Origin: Armatimonadota bacterium
GTDB lineage: Bacteria; Armatimonadota; HRBIN16
Length of the DNA stretch: 64,000 nucleotides
Direction of reading: 5' to 3'
Assembly (NCBI GenBank): GCA_963677485.1
Contig: OY781964.1
Span: 1,888,001-1,952,000, forward strand
The notes under the pieces: model-generated
What the model was told of the DNA's origin: nothing
Database searches by the model: none
Seen by the model: the letters and a program-made list of their open reading frames with translations, nothing else
Translations under genes and position numbers: made by a program
Part shown: piece after piece, positions 19,226 to 29,900 of the stretch
Position numbering within the stretch: position 1 is the stretch's first letter
Layout: each line of letters begins with the position of its first letter

Positions 19226-20317
19226 CTACCCTCCTACCTTCTCCAGCAAAACCAGCCCTGGCTCACCACCCTCCACACTACCGCTCAGAATATAGCTCAC
19301 AGCCGGGCAGCCGGCATCACACGCCACCTGCTCGCTGCAGCCATTACAGCCCTCCGGCTTGAACTCACGCAGCACATGCTGCATCCACAACGGGTGCTGG
19401 GGGAAATCCTGGCACTGCGTGTAGTGACCCAGCCGCACCGGCGAGTGGTTGCACACCCGCACGTAACCCGAGGGGTCGACCGCCACGAAGTTGTGAACCG
19501 CGGAACACTGACTGGCCACATACAGATGCTTCAACTCCAAACCGCGAATCGCACAAGCGGGCAGCTCCGTACCCATCGAGCCATACCGACCGGCATCAAC
19601 CAGAGCCGATTCGGCGGTGAGCAGCGCCTCGCGCAGCTCGTCATTACTTAACGACAGCATCTCCCGATAGCCCAACCCCCTGCCGCCTGGCATGAAGCGG
19701 TTGAGCAGCAACTGGTCGGCCCCGGCCAGCAGACCCTCGGCGATGTTCTGGTAGAGTTCTTGCAGGTTGAGTTTGGTCACGGTGACCGCCACCGTGACCA
19801 GCAAGCCAGCGGCTTTGGCCACTCGGATGGCGTTCAACGCGCTCTGCACATCGCCACCGCCGGTGAGCTGTTCAAAGCTGCGCCATCCCGGCAGCGAGAC
19901 GGTCAACTGCAAGCCGCACTCCGCCGCGACAGCCGCGAACGCCTCATCAACCAGCCGACCATTGGTGTTCATGTGCAGTGTCGGAGGGGCTTGAGTGGCC
20001 ACAAGCTCGCCATCCACCGTCCGGAAGTGCGTGCCGGTGGCAGTGGCCGAGTGGCGCAGTATCTCCAGGATGTCCGGCCGCAACAGCGGTTCGCCGCCCG
20101 TGAAGGAGAGATGGCTGACACCCATTTCCAACAGATTGTCGATCATCTGCTTGACCTGCTGGGTGTCCTGCTCAGGCAGTCGCTCGAAGCTGCCATCGGG
20201 GGCATCCCAAGGGCAGGAGCAGAACAGGCAGCTATGGTTGCATCGGTAGGTGAGTTCCAGTGCAACGGTAGGAGGAAGCGGCGAGGGCATCAGCACCCCG
20301 CTACTTTTTTGGTTCAT
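19226..20317 (-). CDS. Radical SAM enzyme with SPASM domain
   Basis: 'ELTYRCNHSCLFC' (CxxxCxxC), 'FTGGEPLLR', 'NTNG' and SPASM cysteines 'CSA...VDPSGYVRVC...CNGCSEQVACDAGCP'. Confidence 0.93.
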   Translation of the reverse strand: MNQKSSGVLMPSPLPPTVALELTYRCNHSCLFCSCPWDAPDGSFERLPEQDTQQVKQMIDNLLEMGVSHLSFTGGEPLLRPDILEILRHSATATGTHFRTVDGELVATQAPPTLHMNTNGRLVDEAFAAVAAECGLQLTVSLPGWRSFEQLTGGGDVQSALNAIRVAKAAGLLVTVAVTVTKLNLQELYQNIAEGLLAGADQLLLNRFMPGGRGLGYREMLSLSNDELREALLTAESALVDAGRYGSMGTELPACAIRGLELKHLYVASQCSAVHNFVAVDPSGYVRVCNHSPVRLGHYTQCQDFPQHPLWMQHVLREFKPEGCNGCSEQVACDAGCPAVSYILSGSVEGGEPGLVLLEKVGG

Positions 20318-20861
20318 GATCCATACCTAACAGTTGCCGCAGTTTCGGGGCTACTTCCGACAGCGGGGTAAGGCCCGCATATCGCTTGCCCTGGAACAGG
20401 CAGAGCAACTGGTAGATCGCTTCCGGTTGCTCCAGGTCCGCCCGATGGGCATTCCCCTTGCGGTCGGTGGTGACCAGCACGGCATAGTAGCCTGTCTTGC
20501 CCTTGGAGCAGCGTGAGCAGAGCGTTGTTTCGTCCAGCGAGATACGTATCTGCGCGCGGACCGCTGCCAGCCGGGCGTTGAGCGGTTTGACTTCACGACG
20601 GGCCGCTGAGAGTTCCAGAATGTAGTCTTTATGAAAATCGGTGAAGACTGTTCGTGCGCCGCATTTCGGGCAGAGGTAGTCCACACGATCGGGCGGCATG
20701 GCCACATCGTAGCACATGGCGGACTGCACCACCTCGTAGCGTTCGGCCTTCTCAAGCTGGTCAAGGCGCGCTTTGATCTGCTGTGCGGTTTGCAGCGGGA
20801 CGCGGTCTACTTTTTTCGCCGCGTCACTGTCGCTGATACGCTTTACTGGCTCATTTCTCAT
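20301..20861 (-). CDS. SAMCY-motif zinc-ribbon protein, paralog B (candidate rSAM substrate or partner)
   Basis: 186 aa with VVQSAMCY, CPKC and CSRC. Its stop overlaps the rSAM start by 17 nt. RBS GAAAGGG. Confidence 0.8.
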   Translation of the reverse strand: MRNEPVKRISDSDAAKKVDRVPLQTAQQIKARLDQLEKAERYEVVQSAMCYDVAMPPDRVDYLCPKCGARTVFTDFHKDYILELSAARREVKPLNARLAAVRAQIRISLDETTLCSRCSKGKTGYYAVLVTTDRKGNAHRADLEQPEAIYQLLCLFQGKRYAGLTPLSEVAPKLRQLLGMDHEPKK

Positions 20862-20982
20862 AGCTTACCCTTTCGAGATTTTTTACCATCCGATGAGATT
20901 TTCGATTCTTTTTACTTCGTCACGCAACTGCACGTAACCATATTTCTGCCTGCGACACCATTTTACATATAGCAGACTTTCA

Positions 20983-21531
20983 TCAATGCTCCAAACCCAT
21001 CAATTTAGTTAGTCGTTCCGAAATATCGCCCAGGCTGACTAGCTTTGAATACCTCTTACCCTTAAGCAGACATTGGATGGCTTGCAAATCGGTGGGATAC
21101 TCGATATCAGCTCGATGCACGTTCTTACGCTTATCCGTCGTCACCAAAGATGCACGGTTGCCGGGCTTTTCTTTGGCGCAGCGAGCGCACAACGGAGATT
21201 CATCAAGCGTGAAGTGTAGTTCAGACTTCAACTTATCAGACAGCCTGTTCAGCTCCGGAATTGTGCTTCGAGCCGACTCGATACCACGAATGTAACTCAC
21301 CATACTCTCCGTAAACACCGTGCGCGCACCGCACTTGGGACAGAGGTAGTCCACACGAGTGGCTGGAGCGGCAGGTTTGTAGCACATGGCGGACTGCACG
21401 ACCACATATTGCTCACCGCGTTTAAGTTGGGCCAGCCGTTGTTTGATTTCACTGCGAGTGCGCATCGGAACACGATCGACGATCTTCTCAGCCTGGATTT
21501 CGGGAATCTGTTTCACTGGCTCAGTTCTCAT
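20983..21531 (-). CDS. SAMCY-motif zinc-ribbon protein, paralog A
   Basis: 182 aa. Aligns without gaps to 20301..20861 with about half of the residues identical, and has an identical leader. Confidence 0.8.
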   Translation of the reverse strand: MRTEPVKQIPEIQAEKIVDRVPMRTRSEIKQRLAQLKRGEQYVVVQSAMCYKPAAPATRVDYLCPKCGARTVFTESMVSYIRGIESARSTIPELNRLSDKLKSELHFTLDESPLCARCAKEKPGNRASLVTTDKRKNVHRADIEYPTDLQAIQCLLKGKRYSKLVSLGDISERLTKLMGLEH

Positions 21532-21726
21532 AGCTTACCCTTTCGAGAGTGTATGCTTTTATGACGGTATCCTGCGCTGTTGGTTACATTTCGGGTGATC
21601 TTGTTCAGGGCAGGCACGGGGGCCTGCCCCTACGGTTGTGACCATACCCATATGACATGTCAGACGAGGTGGACGAGTAGGACTGGTGTGTTTCTTCCGT
21701 CTCCGGCTCTCCTATTCTCCCATCTC

Positions 21727-22800
21727 CTAACTCCTCCAAAAGAACGCGTAACGCTCCATCGCGTCCATCAGCGCGTTGGCGTTCTCCAGCGGTACGCCGT
21801 GATACAGGCCGTAGACCATCATCAGCCCGCCTTGAGGGCTGCCCAACTCGGACACTTCTTCGCGGATCATCTCGTCAATCTGCGCTGGCGTGCCAAACCG
21901 CGTGGTCTTCTGACGGTCGATATCCAGCTCGATGCAGACCTTCCCCTTGACGTTCTGCTTGATCCAGTCGATGCCGTTGACCAGGTCCTGCAGGTTCATG
22001 ACATCCACTCCGCCATCTACGATGTCGGCATACAGGCTGCGGATATCGCCATCGGAGTGCATGTGGACCAGGCAACCGGCCTCTTTGGCCGGCTTCATCA
22101 ATCGCTGGTAACTCGGCTTGATATACTTTCGGAAGTGCGCAGGCGAGAGCATCGGGCCGTTTTGCATGCCCAGGTCTTCCGCGTAGCCCATCGTGTCGGG
22201 AGCCAAACGAACGTAACGCTTTACCAGACCAAGGTTGAACTGCTCTACCATCTCGATCAGCACGTCCAGCCTCGGATCCTCATCGGCCATATCATACATG
22301 AGGTTCTGGTAACCCCTGATATCCACCAACTGCAGGAAGGTGTGTCCATGCCGCAGGCCAGCCGCACACAGCGAGCCGTTGGCTTTCGTTTGCTCAAAGG
22401 ACTTTGCGGTCTGCTCCCAGTCGATAGGCCCTATCCCCATGCATGTTTCGGGATCGGGCGCGATGTAACCTTGCAGGCTGTCCCAGTTCTCCAGCGGGTG
22501 TTTCGTGACCACGCCCACGATACCCGCCTCAGAGGTTTCCCAGAAGCATCCCCAGTCGTCCGTGTAGGTGATGTTCCCGCTTTGCTTGGGAGACGGCGTA
22601 AATCCTTCTGGCGGCAACCAGACCGAGGGGTCGGGATACAGTAACGGGTGAGACAGGATCAACTCCTTCAAGGCGTCTACGGGGTAGTTGTTCCAGCAAG
22701 CCCCATTGATGTGGAAGGCCATCGGAATGAAGTCTGGCTTCTCAAAACGCACCGCGCGCAGATAGTTCTGTCGCCTTTCCGATTCTGATATCTTTGTCAT
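21727..22800 (-). CDS. Uroporphyrinogen decarboxylase family protein (URO-D/MtaA-like)
   Basis: Motifs 'DDWGC.W', 'IRGYQNLMYD', 'EDLGMQNGPMLSP..FRKYIKP', 'HMHSDG' and 'GVPLEN'. Confidence 0.85.
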   Translation of the reverse strand: MTKISESERRQNYLRAVRFEKPDFIPMAFHINGACWNNYPVDALKELILSHPLLYPDPSVWLPPEGFTPSPKQSGNITYTDDWGCFWETSEAGIVGVVTKHPLENWDSLQGYIAPDPETCMGIGPIDWEQTAKSFEQTKANGSLCAAGLRHGHTFLQLVDIRGYQNLMYDMADEDPRLDVLIEMVEQFNLGLVKRYVRLAPDTMGYAEDLGMQNGPMLSPAHFRKYIKPSYQRLMKPAKEAGCLVHMHSDGDIRSLYADIVDGGVDVMNLQDLVNGIDWIKQNVKGKVCIELDIDRQKTTRFGTPAQIDEMIREEVSELGSPQGGLMMVYGLYHGVPLENANALMDAMERYAFFWRS

Positions 22801-22899
22801 AGGGATGCCTTTCGTCGTGGTTTTGTCAATTTAAGAGGTCGGACCCACCCACATGTCATTTCATATTCCTCATCCTGGCTATAGACTTCTGTCCCCATG

Positions 22900-24954
22900 C
22901 TATTTGACAAACCGCACGCTGAGCTGCCGAGAGGCCGGCACGCGAACCACCACAACCCCCTTCAGTTCATCGGATACCACGAGCTTGAGTACCTTGCCGG
23001 TGCGAGCGTCCACCACTCGCGAGAAATCGGCAGGCTGGGCGAACTCTACCTGCTTCACGCCGATCGGGCCGGTGAACACCACATCGATGCGGCGTGAGCC
23101 GTTCGCCTCGGGGCTGATGCTGACACTCAGGCGGCTGCCCTCCGAATTCGGCAGCTTGATCTTGGATATCTCAAGCTTATCCGCCTTCACCGCCTCCGGA
23201 ATGAGCGGAAAGACACGCAGACGGTTGGCGATCTGGTCGTAATCTACACCGAATAGTTTCTCCACCACGCACTGGATCCACTGCGAGGCCGACCAGCCGT
23301 AACGCTGCACGCCCTCACCGCTCCCGGTGGTGGGGTGCAGGAACTCCGTCCAGCGCCGGTTGAACTGCTTGATGGTCATCCAGTTCAGTTCCGCTGAAAG
23401 GTCGTAACGCCCCACGTCTCTCAGACCGTCGATCACGGGCAGGTTGCGCATCGTCCAGATATCGCCCCACCAGGCACGGCCATCGTAAGGTCCGGTCGCC
23501 TCCACATAGCGAGGTTCAGTCTTGGCCAGGCTGGTGATAGCCACTCCGCCCCAGTTGAACAGCTTGGGATCAAGTAGCTGCGGAATCAGCTTACCGACCT
23601 GCGCTTCTGAGGCCGTATTCAAACGCATCGGGTCAAAGGTTGTGCAGATGAGTTGCGGGTCGTGCTCACGTGTCTGCACGTTCACATTGAAGTAGTCACC
23701 GCGTGTGTTATCCCAGCTATATTTGTTTAGTGCCGATTGAAGTTCACGCTTTTGCTTCTCGTAGTAGTCTGCTTGCTCGGTATGTCCTAAGGCGCGTGCC
23801 AGTTTGGACACGTTGTCGCATCCGATAATGACCGCCATATTGGTATCCACCGGCGCCACCGTTTGGGAGGTGGGGATATCTGCACCGAGACTCTCCTCGA
23901 AGATGGCGGTGATGAGCTTCGTCTTGGCATCGCGCTTCACGGGGGAGAGCCACCAGTCCAGATAGCCCTTCAGACAAGCGTAGACGTCTTCGCGGGTTTT
24001 GATGTCGCCGCTGCGCCGCGCCACATCGTAAGCGGCCTCGAACAGCCGAGGGGTGCTGCTCTGCTCGCCCATGGTGCCCCTGACCGAGGCTGAGCCCCAC
24101 AGGTCGATGCGGCCATCGGGGTTCAACGCCTGCACGGCGGCGAATCCCCGGCACATCTGCTCAGCCAGTTGCGGGTTGGCCCACTTCGTGCCGATGATGT
24201 TCAATCCGCTGTCCAGTTGCCACCAGTTCTCGCCGTAAGCTCCGCCAGGCCCCATCACAGGCGTGGGGAAGCCCTGCACCGGCACGCTGGTGATCAAACA
24301 CTCATCCAGCACCTTGAAGGCGTCTGCAAAGTCGGCTTGAGTCACGCCTGCTATCTGCACTACCGGCACCACCGCCGGGCTGCACACATCCGGGCGGGGA
24401 AGTTTGGGCCGTGGGTCGCCCTTGGCAAACCGGATGCTGCGGATCCACATATCGCCAGCCCGCGCCAGACAAATCGGCCTAATGCGGATCTGGTCAATGG
24501 GCTTGCCCCAAGCTCCGTCCACATGAACCACCACCTCTTGCCACTCCTTGCAGTAGGACTTCATGGTGAAGCGGATCACGCCGGCATCTTGCGTGGGGTT
24601 GTCTGGATGGCGCCAGAACAGGAAGCCGTCGGTCTCTGGCGACTGGTTGAGCATGGTGATGATCACCTTGTTATAGCTCTCGTATGGGATATTCAAACCG
24701 TGCGGCGAGTCGATCTCACCCATCGGCGGAGCGTAGGTCTGGTTGGGGATCGCCGCATAGTCGTAATTCGCAGGCAGATTCGCCCTCAGGCGCATCGATC
24801 CGCCCATGATGCTGGCACTCAGGTTCGGTGCGATCGTCCAGCCCAGTGAGTCTCCGCTGCGGCTAAACTGCCACATCGGTGCATCGGCCTGTGCGGCCAT
24901 CGAAATCATGCATGGAGCGGCTATCAGTGCCAAGATAAGTATTATCGTCTTCAT
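22900..24954 (-). CDS. Secreted (alpha/alpha)6 glycoside hydrolase (GH63/MGH1/trehalase-like)
   Basis: 684 aa with a signal peptide. Motifs 'NWWQLDS', 'APVDTN', 'WWGDIW' and 'EFLHPTTG...YGWSA'. Confidence 0.7.
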   Translation of the reverse strand: MKTIILILALIAAPCMISMAAQADAPMWQFSRSGDSLGWTIAPNLSASIMGGSMRLRANLPANYDYAAIPNQTYAPPMGEIDSPHGLNIPYESYNKVIITMLNQSPETDGFLFWRHPDNPTQDAGVIRFTMKSYCKEWQEVVVHVDGAWGKPIDQIRIRPICLARAGDMWIRSIRFAKGDPRPKLPRPDVCSPAVVPVVQIAGVTQADFADAFKVLDECLITSVPVQGFPTPVMGPGGAYGENWWQLDSGLNIIGTKWANPQLAEQMCRGFAAVQALNPDGRIDLWGSASVRGTMGEQSSTPRLFEAAYDVARRSGDIKTREDVYACLKGYLDWWLSPVKRDAKTKLITAIFEESLGADIPTSQTVAPVDTNMAVIIGCDNVSKLARALGHTEQADYYEKQKRELQSALNKYSWDNTRGDYFNVNVQTREHDPQLICTTFDPMRLNTASEAQVGKLIPQLLDPKLFNWGGVAITSLAKTEPRYVEATGPYDGRAWWGDIWTMRNLPVIDGLRDVGRYDLSAELNWMTIKQFNRRWTEFLHPTTGSGEGVQRYGWSASQWIQCVVEKLFGVDYDQIANRLRVFPLIPEAVKADKLEISKIKLPNSEGSRLSVSISPEANGSRRIDVVFTGPIGVKQVEFAQPADFSRVVDARTGKVLKLVVSDELKGVVVVRVPASRQLSVRFVK

Positions 24955-25121
24955 AGAACCTCCCGAATAACCCGGCTATACGCCTAGTGAGTTAGTCAGG
25001 GGTAACATTCGGCATGTTGTGCTTGCATCCCTGCATGGGTGTCTCTGCAAGCCGCACTTTATCCGTCAGGTTCCGATATGCTACACTACAACGGAAACGT
25101 CAATTATCAAGGTGAAGGCTT

Positions 25122-26138
25122 GTGATTAAGAAGTGGAACCTGTCTGACAAGTACGCCGACTGGCTGATGATGGCATCAATGGGAAGCAAATTCTTGGTGT
25201 TTATGGGCACCGCGTTCATGATCTCTGCCCTGGTAGACCCAAAATACTGCGAAGTATGCATGATCATCGCCCTTTGTGCTTATGTAATCCAGATACCAAT
25301 AATGAACACCCGTAGTTTTGAACCATTTACGTTGACATATTCCCACACCTACCCGGCGATATTCAAGGTTGCTCACTCTGACACCGCACCACACTATGTG
25401 TGCAGTTCTGACGATCCATTACTGGATACTGATATACTTTCCGAAGGCCGTACCAGTGCGTTCGGTGGGTTTTTATTTATAGTTGGTGTCATGTGTCATG
25501 CGGAACATAACTACGTCTGTTCGATACCACTCACATTTATCGGACTGACCATGGCCCTTCAAACATCGACATTTGTGCGACGCTGGATGCGTGGGCGTCG
25601 ATGGGGCGTGAAGGGCTGGCATATCGATGGGCTATATGCGTTGTTCGAGTTGCCTGGGTTGGTATTTAACCGCATCTCCGAAAAAGAGAAACTGGTTTTT
25701 GTCACCTGCTGGCCAGATAACACACAGGACGCATTTAGTGCCGCGGTTTGTGATCGTCGGCCATCGATGTACCTGGTGGGATGGCGTTATGTGTTGCCCG
25801 TCAGCTACGATTCGGAGAAGAACGCCGAGGTTCGTGAGCAGATGGTACAACAGCTATTTGGGCGTAGTTTGCCGCTAGTTGAGTTACCCCAGGAAGTCAT
25901 GCCCCAACCACGACCTACCCGGACGATCGTGACCGCAATGGTTTTATCGGCCCTAGGGTATTACTTCTTGCTTGGCTTCTTATTCCGGCTAGGCCGCCCC
26001 AATATCGAGTTGTTGCGCATGTCCCTGCCACTCCAATCGGTCATCTGCTCGTGGTTGACCATGCTGGCATATGCACATTGCCTTCAGGTTTCAGGCCGCA
26101 GACGCCTTAAGGCGGCAGCTTCAAGCTGGTGGACTTAG
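25122..26138 (+). CDS. Hypothetical multi-pass membrane protein
   Basis: 338-aa ORF with about 6 hydrophobic segments. No recognised motif. Confidence 0.6.
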   Translation: MIKKWNLSDKYADWLMMASMGSKFLVFMGTAFMISALVDPKYCEVCMIIALCAYVIQIPIMNTRSFEPFTLTYSHTYPAIFKVAHSDTAPHYVCSSDDPLLDTDILSEGRTSAFGGFLFIVGVMCHAEHNYVCSIPLTFIGLTMALQTSTFVRRWMRGRRWGVKGWHIDGLYALFELPGLVFNRISEKEKLVFVTCWPDNTQDAFSAAVCDRRPSMYLVGWRYVLPVSYDSEKNAEVREQMVQQLFGRSLPLVELPQEVMPQPRPTRTIVTAMVLSALGYYFLLGFLFRLGRPNIELLRMSLPLQSVICSWLTMLAYAHCLQVSGRRRLKAAASSWWT

Positions 26139-26364
26139 GCTGGCGAAGCAGGGCAGGCAACCTAAGTTTCTTTTTACATATAGGTAACTACTCAGCCATA
26201 GTTGACGGGTTCCATCAACCTGCTGAAGCAGGCTTCGTCACCCGTCCCTCATCAGATGGCTGTCCGCTGAAGCGGACGCATTCCGGATTCCCTCGGCAGC
26301 GTGGCTGGTGGCTTTCGATCCACACCACCGGCACTTGGCGACGGGTTCCGTGGCCCGTCCGCGA

Positions 26365-26780
26365 GACCGGCGCGGTCTTAAGCCTTCTGCTCCCGCTAGC
26401 CATCCGCCAGACGGCCCCAGACTTAGGCAATTGGGGCCGGCGGATTTTAGGTAACAACCTTAAATACCTCCGACACGCTTAAAAGTTAGTGTTGCCACCG
26501 TCCGGGGCGGTTTTCTCCTAACCGCGCCGGTCTTGTTTCCGCCACGAGGCCTTGAGGCTATCCGCCAGACCGGCGCGGTCTTAAGCCTTCTGCTCCCGCT
26601 AGCCATCCACCAGACCGCCCCGGACTTAGGCAATTGTGGCAGGAGGATTTTAGGTAATAACCCAAAGTACCGCCGACACGCTGAACAGTTAGTGTTGCCA
26701 CTGTCCGGGGCGGTTTTCTCTAACCGCGCCGGTCTTGTTTCCGCCACGAGGCCTCGAGGCTATCCGCCAGACCGGCGCGG
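26365..26780. repeat. Tandem ~202-bp hairpin units with GACCGGCGCGGT terminal inverted repeats
   Basis: Cores start at about 26365, 26568 and 26770. Each full unit contains an inverted ACCGCGCCGGTC. Same core as the 16.2-16.8 kb array. Confidence 0.9.
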
Positions 26781-26923
26781 ACTTTGGCAATTGAGGGAGG
26801 GCGATTCGCGAATCGCCCCTACAGATCCAACCGCCCTGGGCATCGCGAACCTGAACACCTCAGAGCCGTCCCCATATAATCTGCGTAATCTGTGTCATCT
26901 GTGGATGATTCTATATACCCCAG

Positions 26924-29900
26924 CTAATACCGAGCCTCAACTGTCACCCTGCCGCTCAAGCCGTGCAGTCGAACGGTATCGCAATCGAACTCCAGCCAGT
27001 TCTGGCCATTCACCAACATGGCCTTGATCGGCATGCCCTTTGGGTGGCGGAGACGAAGCTTCACGGCAGCGGGTTGAGACCGTTTTGGCATATCGAGCTC
27101 AGCCTTGATGGTGTTTTGCTCCACATCCGAGACGATCTCGTAGGAGACCACGCCAAAGTGGGTCGGCGCGTTCTGGACGCTGATCCGCTTCCCCTGTTCC
27201 AGCCAGACCCGCGGCGTGGCCCTCGCCAGCCACAGGTTCTGCCCCTCCTCCATCACCAGCAGGTTTCGGAAGCGCTCCAAGAAGGCGGCTTCTTCGAAAA
27301 TCTTATCTGGCGGGCCATGCACGGCGTGCTCGTTGAAGATATAACCATCAAACGGCAGCAGGTCGATGGCATAGCAGTTGAAGAAGGAGCGCAGGAAAAC
27401 CGGCACATCATCGCCCGCCAGATGCATGTTCGCGGTGCGCTCCAGACCGCCCTGATACTGCCAGCCAGCCATGAACCAGTCGCCCTTGGCACGCTGGGCC
27501 ACGTAGGCGTTCTCCAACAACAGCCTGTCCTCCAGCACGTCCAGGTAGCCCTGCACCCGCACGTCATCCGGGGGCAGCAGACCCGCGAGACTGATCAGCG
27601 CGGCCGCCGATTGCACGGTCTCCCAATACATGGGCCCCACGTGGCTGCCGGAACCATCGCGCAGCCATCCCCACGCCCCAGTGCTCAGACCGCGCACATA
27701 GCAGCTAAACGGGATCACCGAATGGTATGTGCCGTCACGCACAGGCACCACCGGCGAAAGCGCGATCGAACGCTCCACCGCCGCGAGCAGGTCTTTGCGG
27801 TAAGACTTCGCCTCAGCCGCGAGCTTGGCACCAGCTTCGGGATCGACCACGCTGAGGGTGGCTGCCAGTCGTGCGATCGAAGACCAGTAGTAGGCCTCGC
27901 ACTCGTAGAACTGCATCCACAACCCGCCGCTGTCGGGGGTCACCTGCAGAGCGGGCTGTAACCCCTTACACCAGAGACGCTCACCGCCAGGAAGCATGTT
28001 TCTGTTTACCTGCCGCTGGCGCAGCATCCATTCGGCATTGGCTTGGATGCGCGGAGCGGCGGCCTTCAGCCACTGCTTGTCGCCGGTCATCCAATAGTGC
28101 TCCGTCAAGGCCAAACCGATCGAGCCCGGCCCGAAGGCGTGGATACCATCCATCTGACCACCCGCACCATCGGGACCCACCGCGTTGGTGAGGCAGCCAT
28201 GGCCATCGGTGAAGAGACCATTGGGGCGGTTGGGCAGAGCACCCGCGTTGTGGCCCACCGAGTTGGTGTCCATCGGCAGCGAGATCCACTGGTCCAGACC
28301 ATCGGCCGCCGCGGAGTGGGAACCGAACAGGTCCAGAGCCATCAGCACCATGTACGTCTCGGCGCCGAGAATGCCGTAAGGATAGTCGTCGAACCACAGT
28401 CGACCGTTCGCCAGGTTCTTCTGCGCGTGCCGCAACAGATGCCAGTTACCGAGGTTCCATTGGGCGGTCATGCGTTCTGAGGGCACGGATATCTGCATCG
28501 CCGGTTTGAACTCGGCAGGAGCCGTGGGGTGCGGTGGCAGATTCTCGCCACACATCGCGGTGACGGCGCCTTCCCAGCTCTGCTCCTCATGATCGCGTGT
28601 TTGCTGGCGGATGGTGCTCAGCTTCTTAGCCTTGAGTTGCTTCAGAAACGCCCTGGCACTAGTGGCTTTCGACGCGAGTGAGATCGGAGGATGGGACGGG
28701 ATCCCGGGCGAGACAACCGAGTTTTGCATCGCAAACTGCCAAACATCAGCATTACCCTGAGTGTCGCTGTGCGGATTACCGGCATGAAGCGATCCCAGCA
28801 CGTCCTGGCTGAGGTTCCATGTGCGTCCGCGGCCACCCACTTCCGTGATCACCAGACTGATCAGGGTGGTGTCACACACATGCGAGCCTTTCCGGCCGAC
28901 CGCCAGCGAGAGCACGTCGCCAGCTTCCAGCTTCACAGAATCCAGTGCTTTGGTCTGCTCGGAATCGGCCGGGATGCTCTGTGAGCCGGTTCCGTTGGTG
29001 GCTCCATGGGCCAGATCAAAGTGTTTTGCTTTGGTGTCGTGGGTGATCCACCACTCGATGCCGTCAGAACCGGTTTGAGCATGGGCCACACTGGCCGTGA
29101 CCTTCATGCTGCCCTTGATCGGGCTGTGCCAGCCCACCGCAACCTCGGCACTCTGACCAGGGTGCATGGCCAGGCTGTTGGCGGGAAGTTCGATACCTTG
29201 AACAGAAACCAGATGGTTGGTCGGGTTGCCTCCGAACCAGGGGGTTTCGTCGCTCCCCCATCCCACTAGCTCCGCGTTGCCCGCGATGGAGTTCATCTTG
29301 CTGGAGAGCGGAACCATCTTATTGCGATGGTCTTGCGCGGATTGCTTCTTGACCGGCGGCAGCTTTGAGCTGCGCCGTATGAAGAATCCGTATTCCGGCG
29401 CATAGATCGGGCCGTTCTCCAAGTCCGCCGCCAGGAAGGAGAAGTTGCCGGACTTAGTCCAGAGTGTGACGATGGTTCGGGCGACATCCTCGCGCTGACT
29501 AGTGAAGGGAATCTGCTCACGCCATTTGGAGGTGCCCATATACAGCAGGCTGGCTTTGATGCCCCGCCGGTCCGCAGCTTTCCCCGTTGATGACCATGAG
29601 GTGCCATCGGCTGATGTGCCCGCGTCCCCGTTCAAAGGCTGGAGGCCAGTGAGGATGCCGTCGTAACACTCGTAACGCCCGCTGTAGTCCTTCTGAGCAG
29701 TCGACTTCTCGAAAGCCCATTCGATCTCAATGTCCATATTCTTCCAGGTATCGGCGACCAGTACCCTCACCGTGGGCACATCATATTCAGAGGCGGTCTT
29801 GGGACCGGCCACGCTCAGCACGATGCCGCAGGTGTTGTGCTTCAAGTCGTAGGTATAACTCCTGCCGTCGCTGGATTTCACCGGTTTTGCGGCCTGTTCG

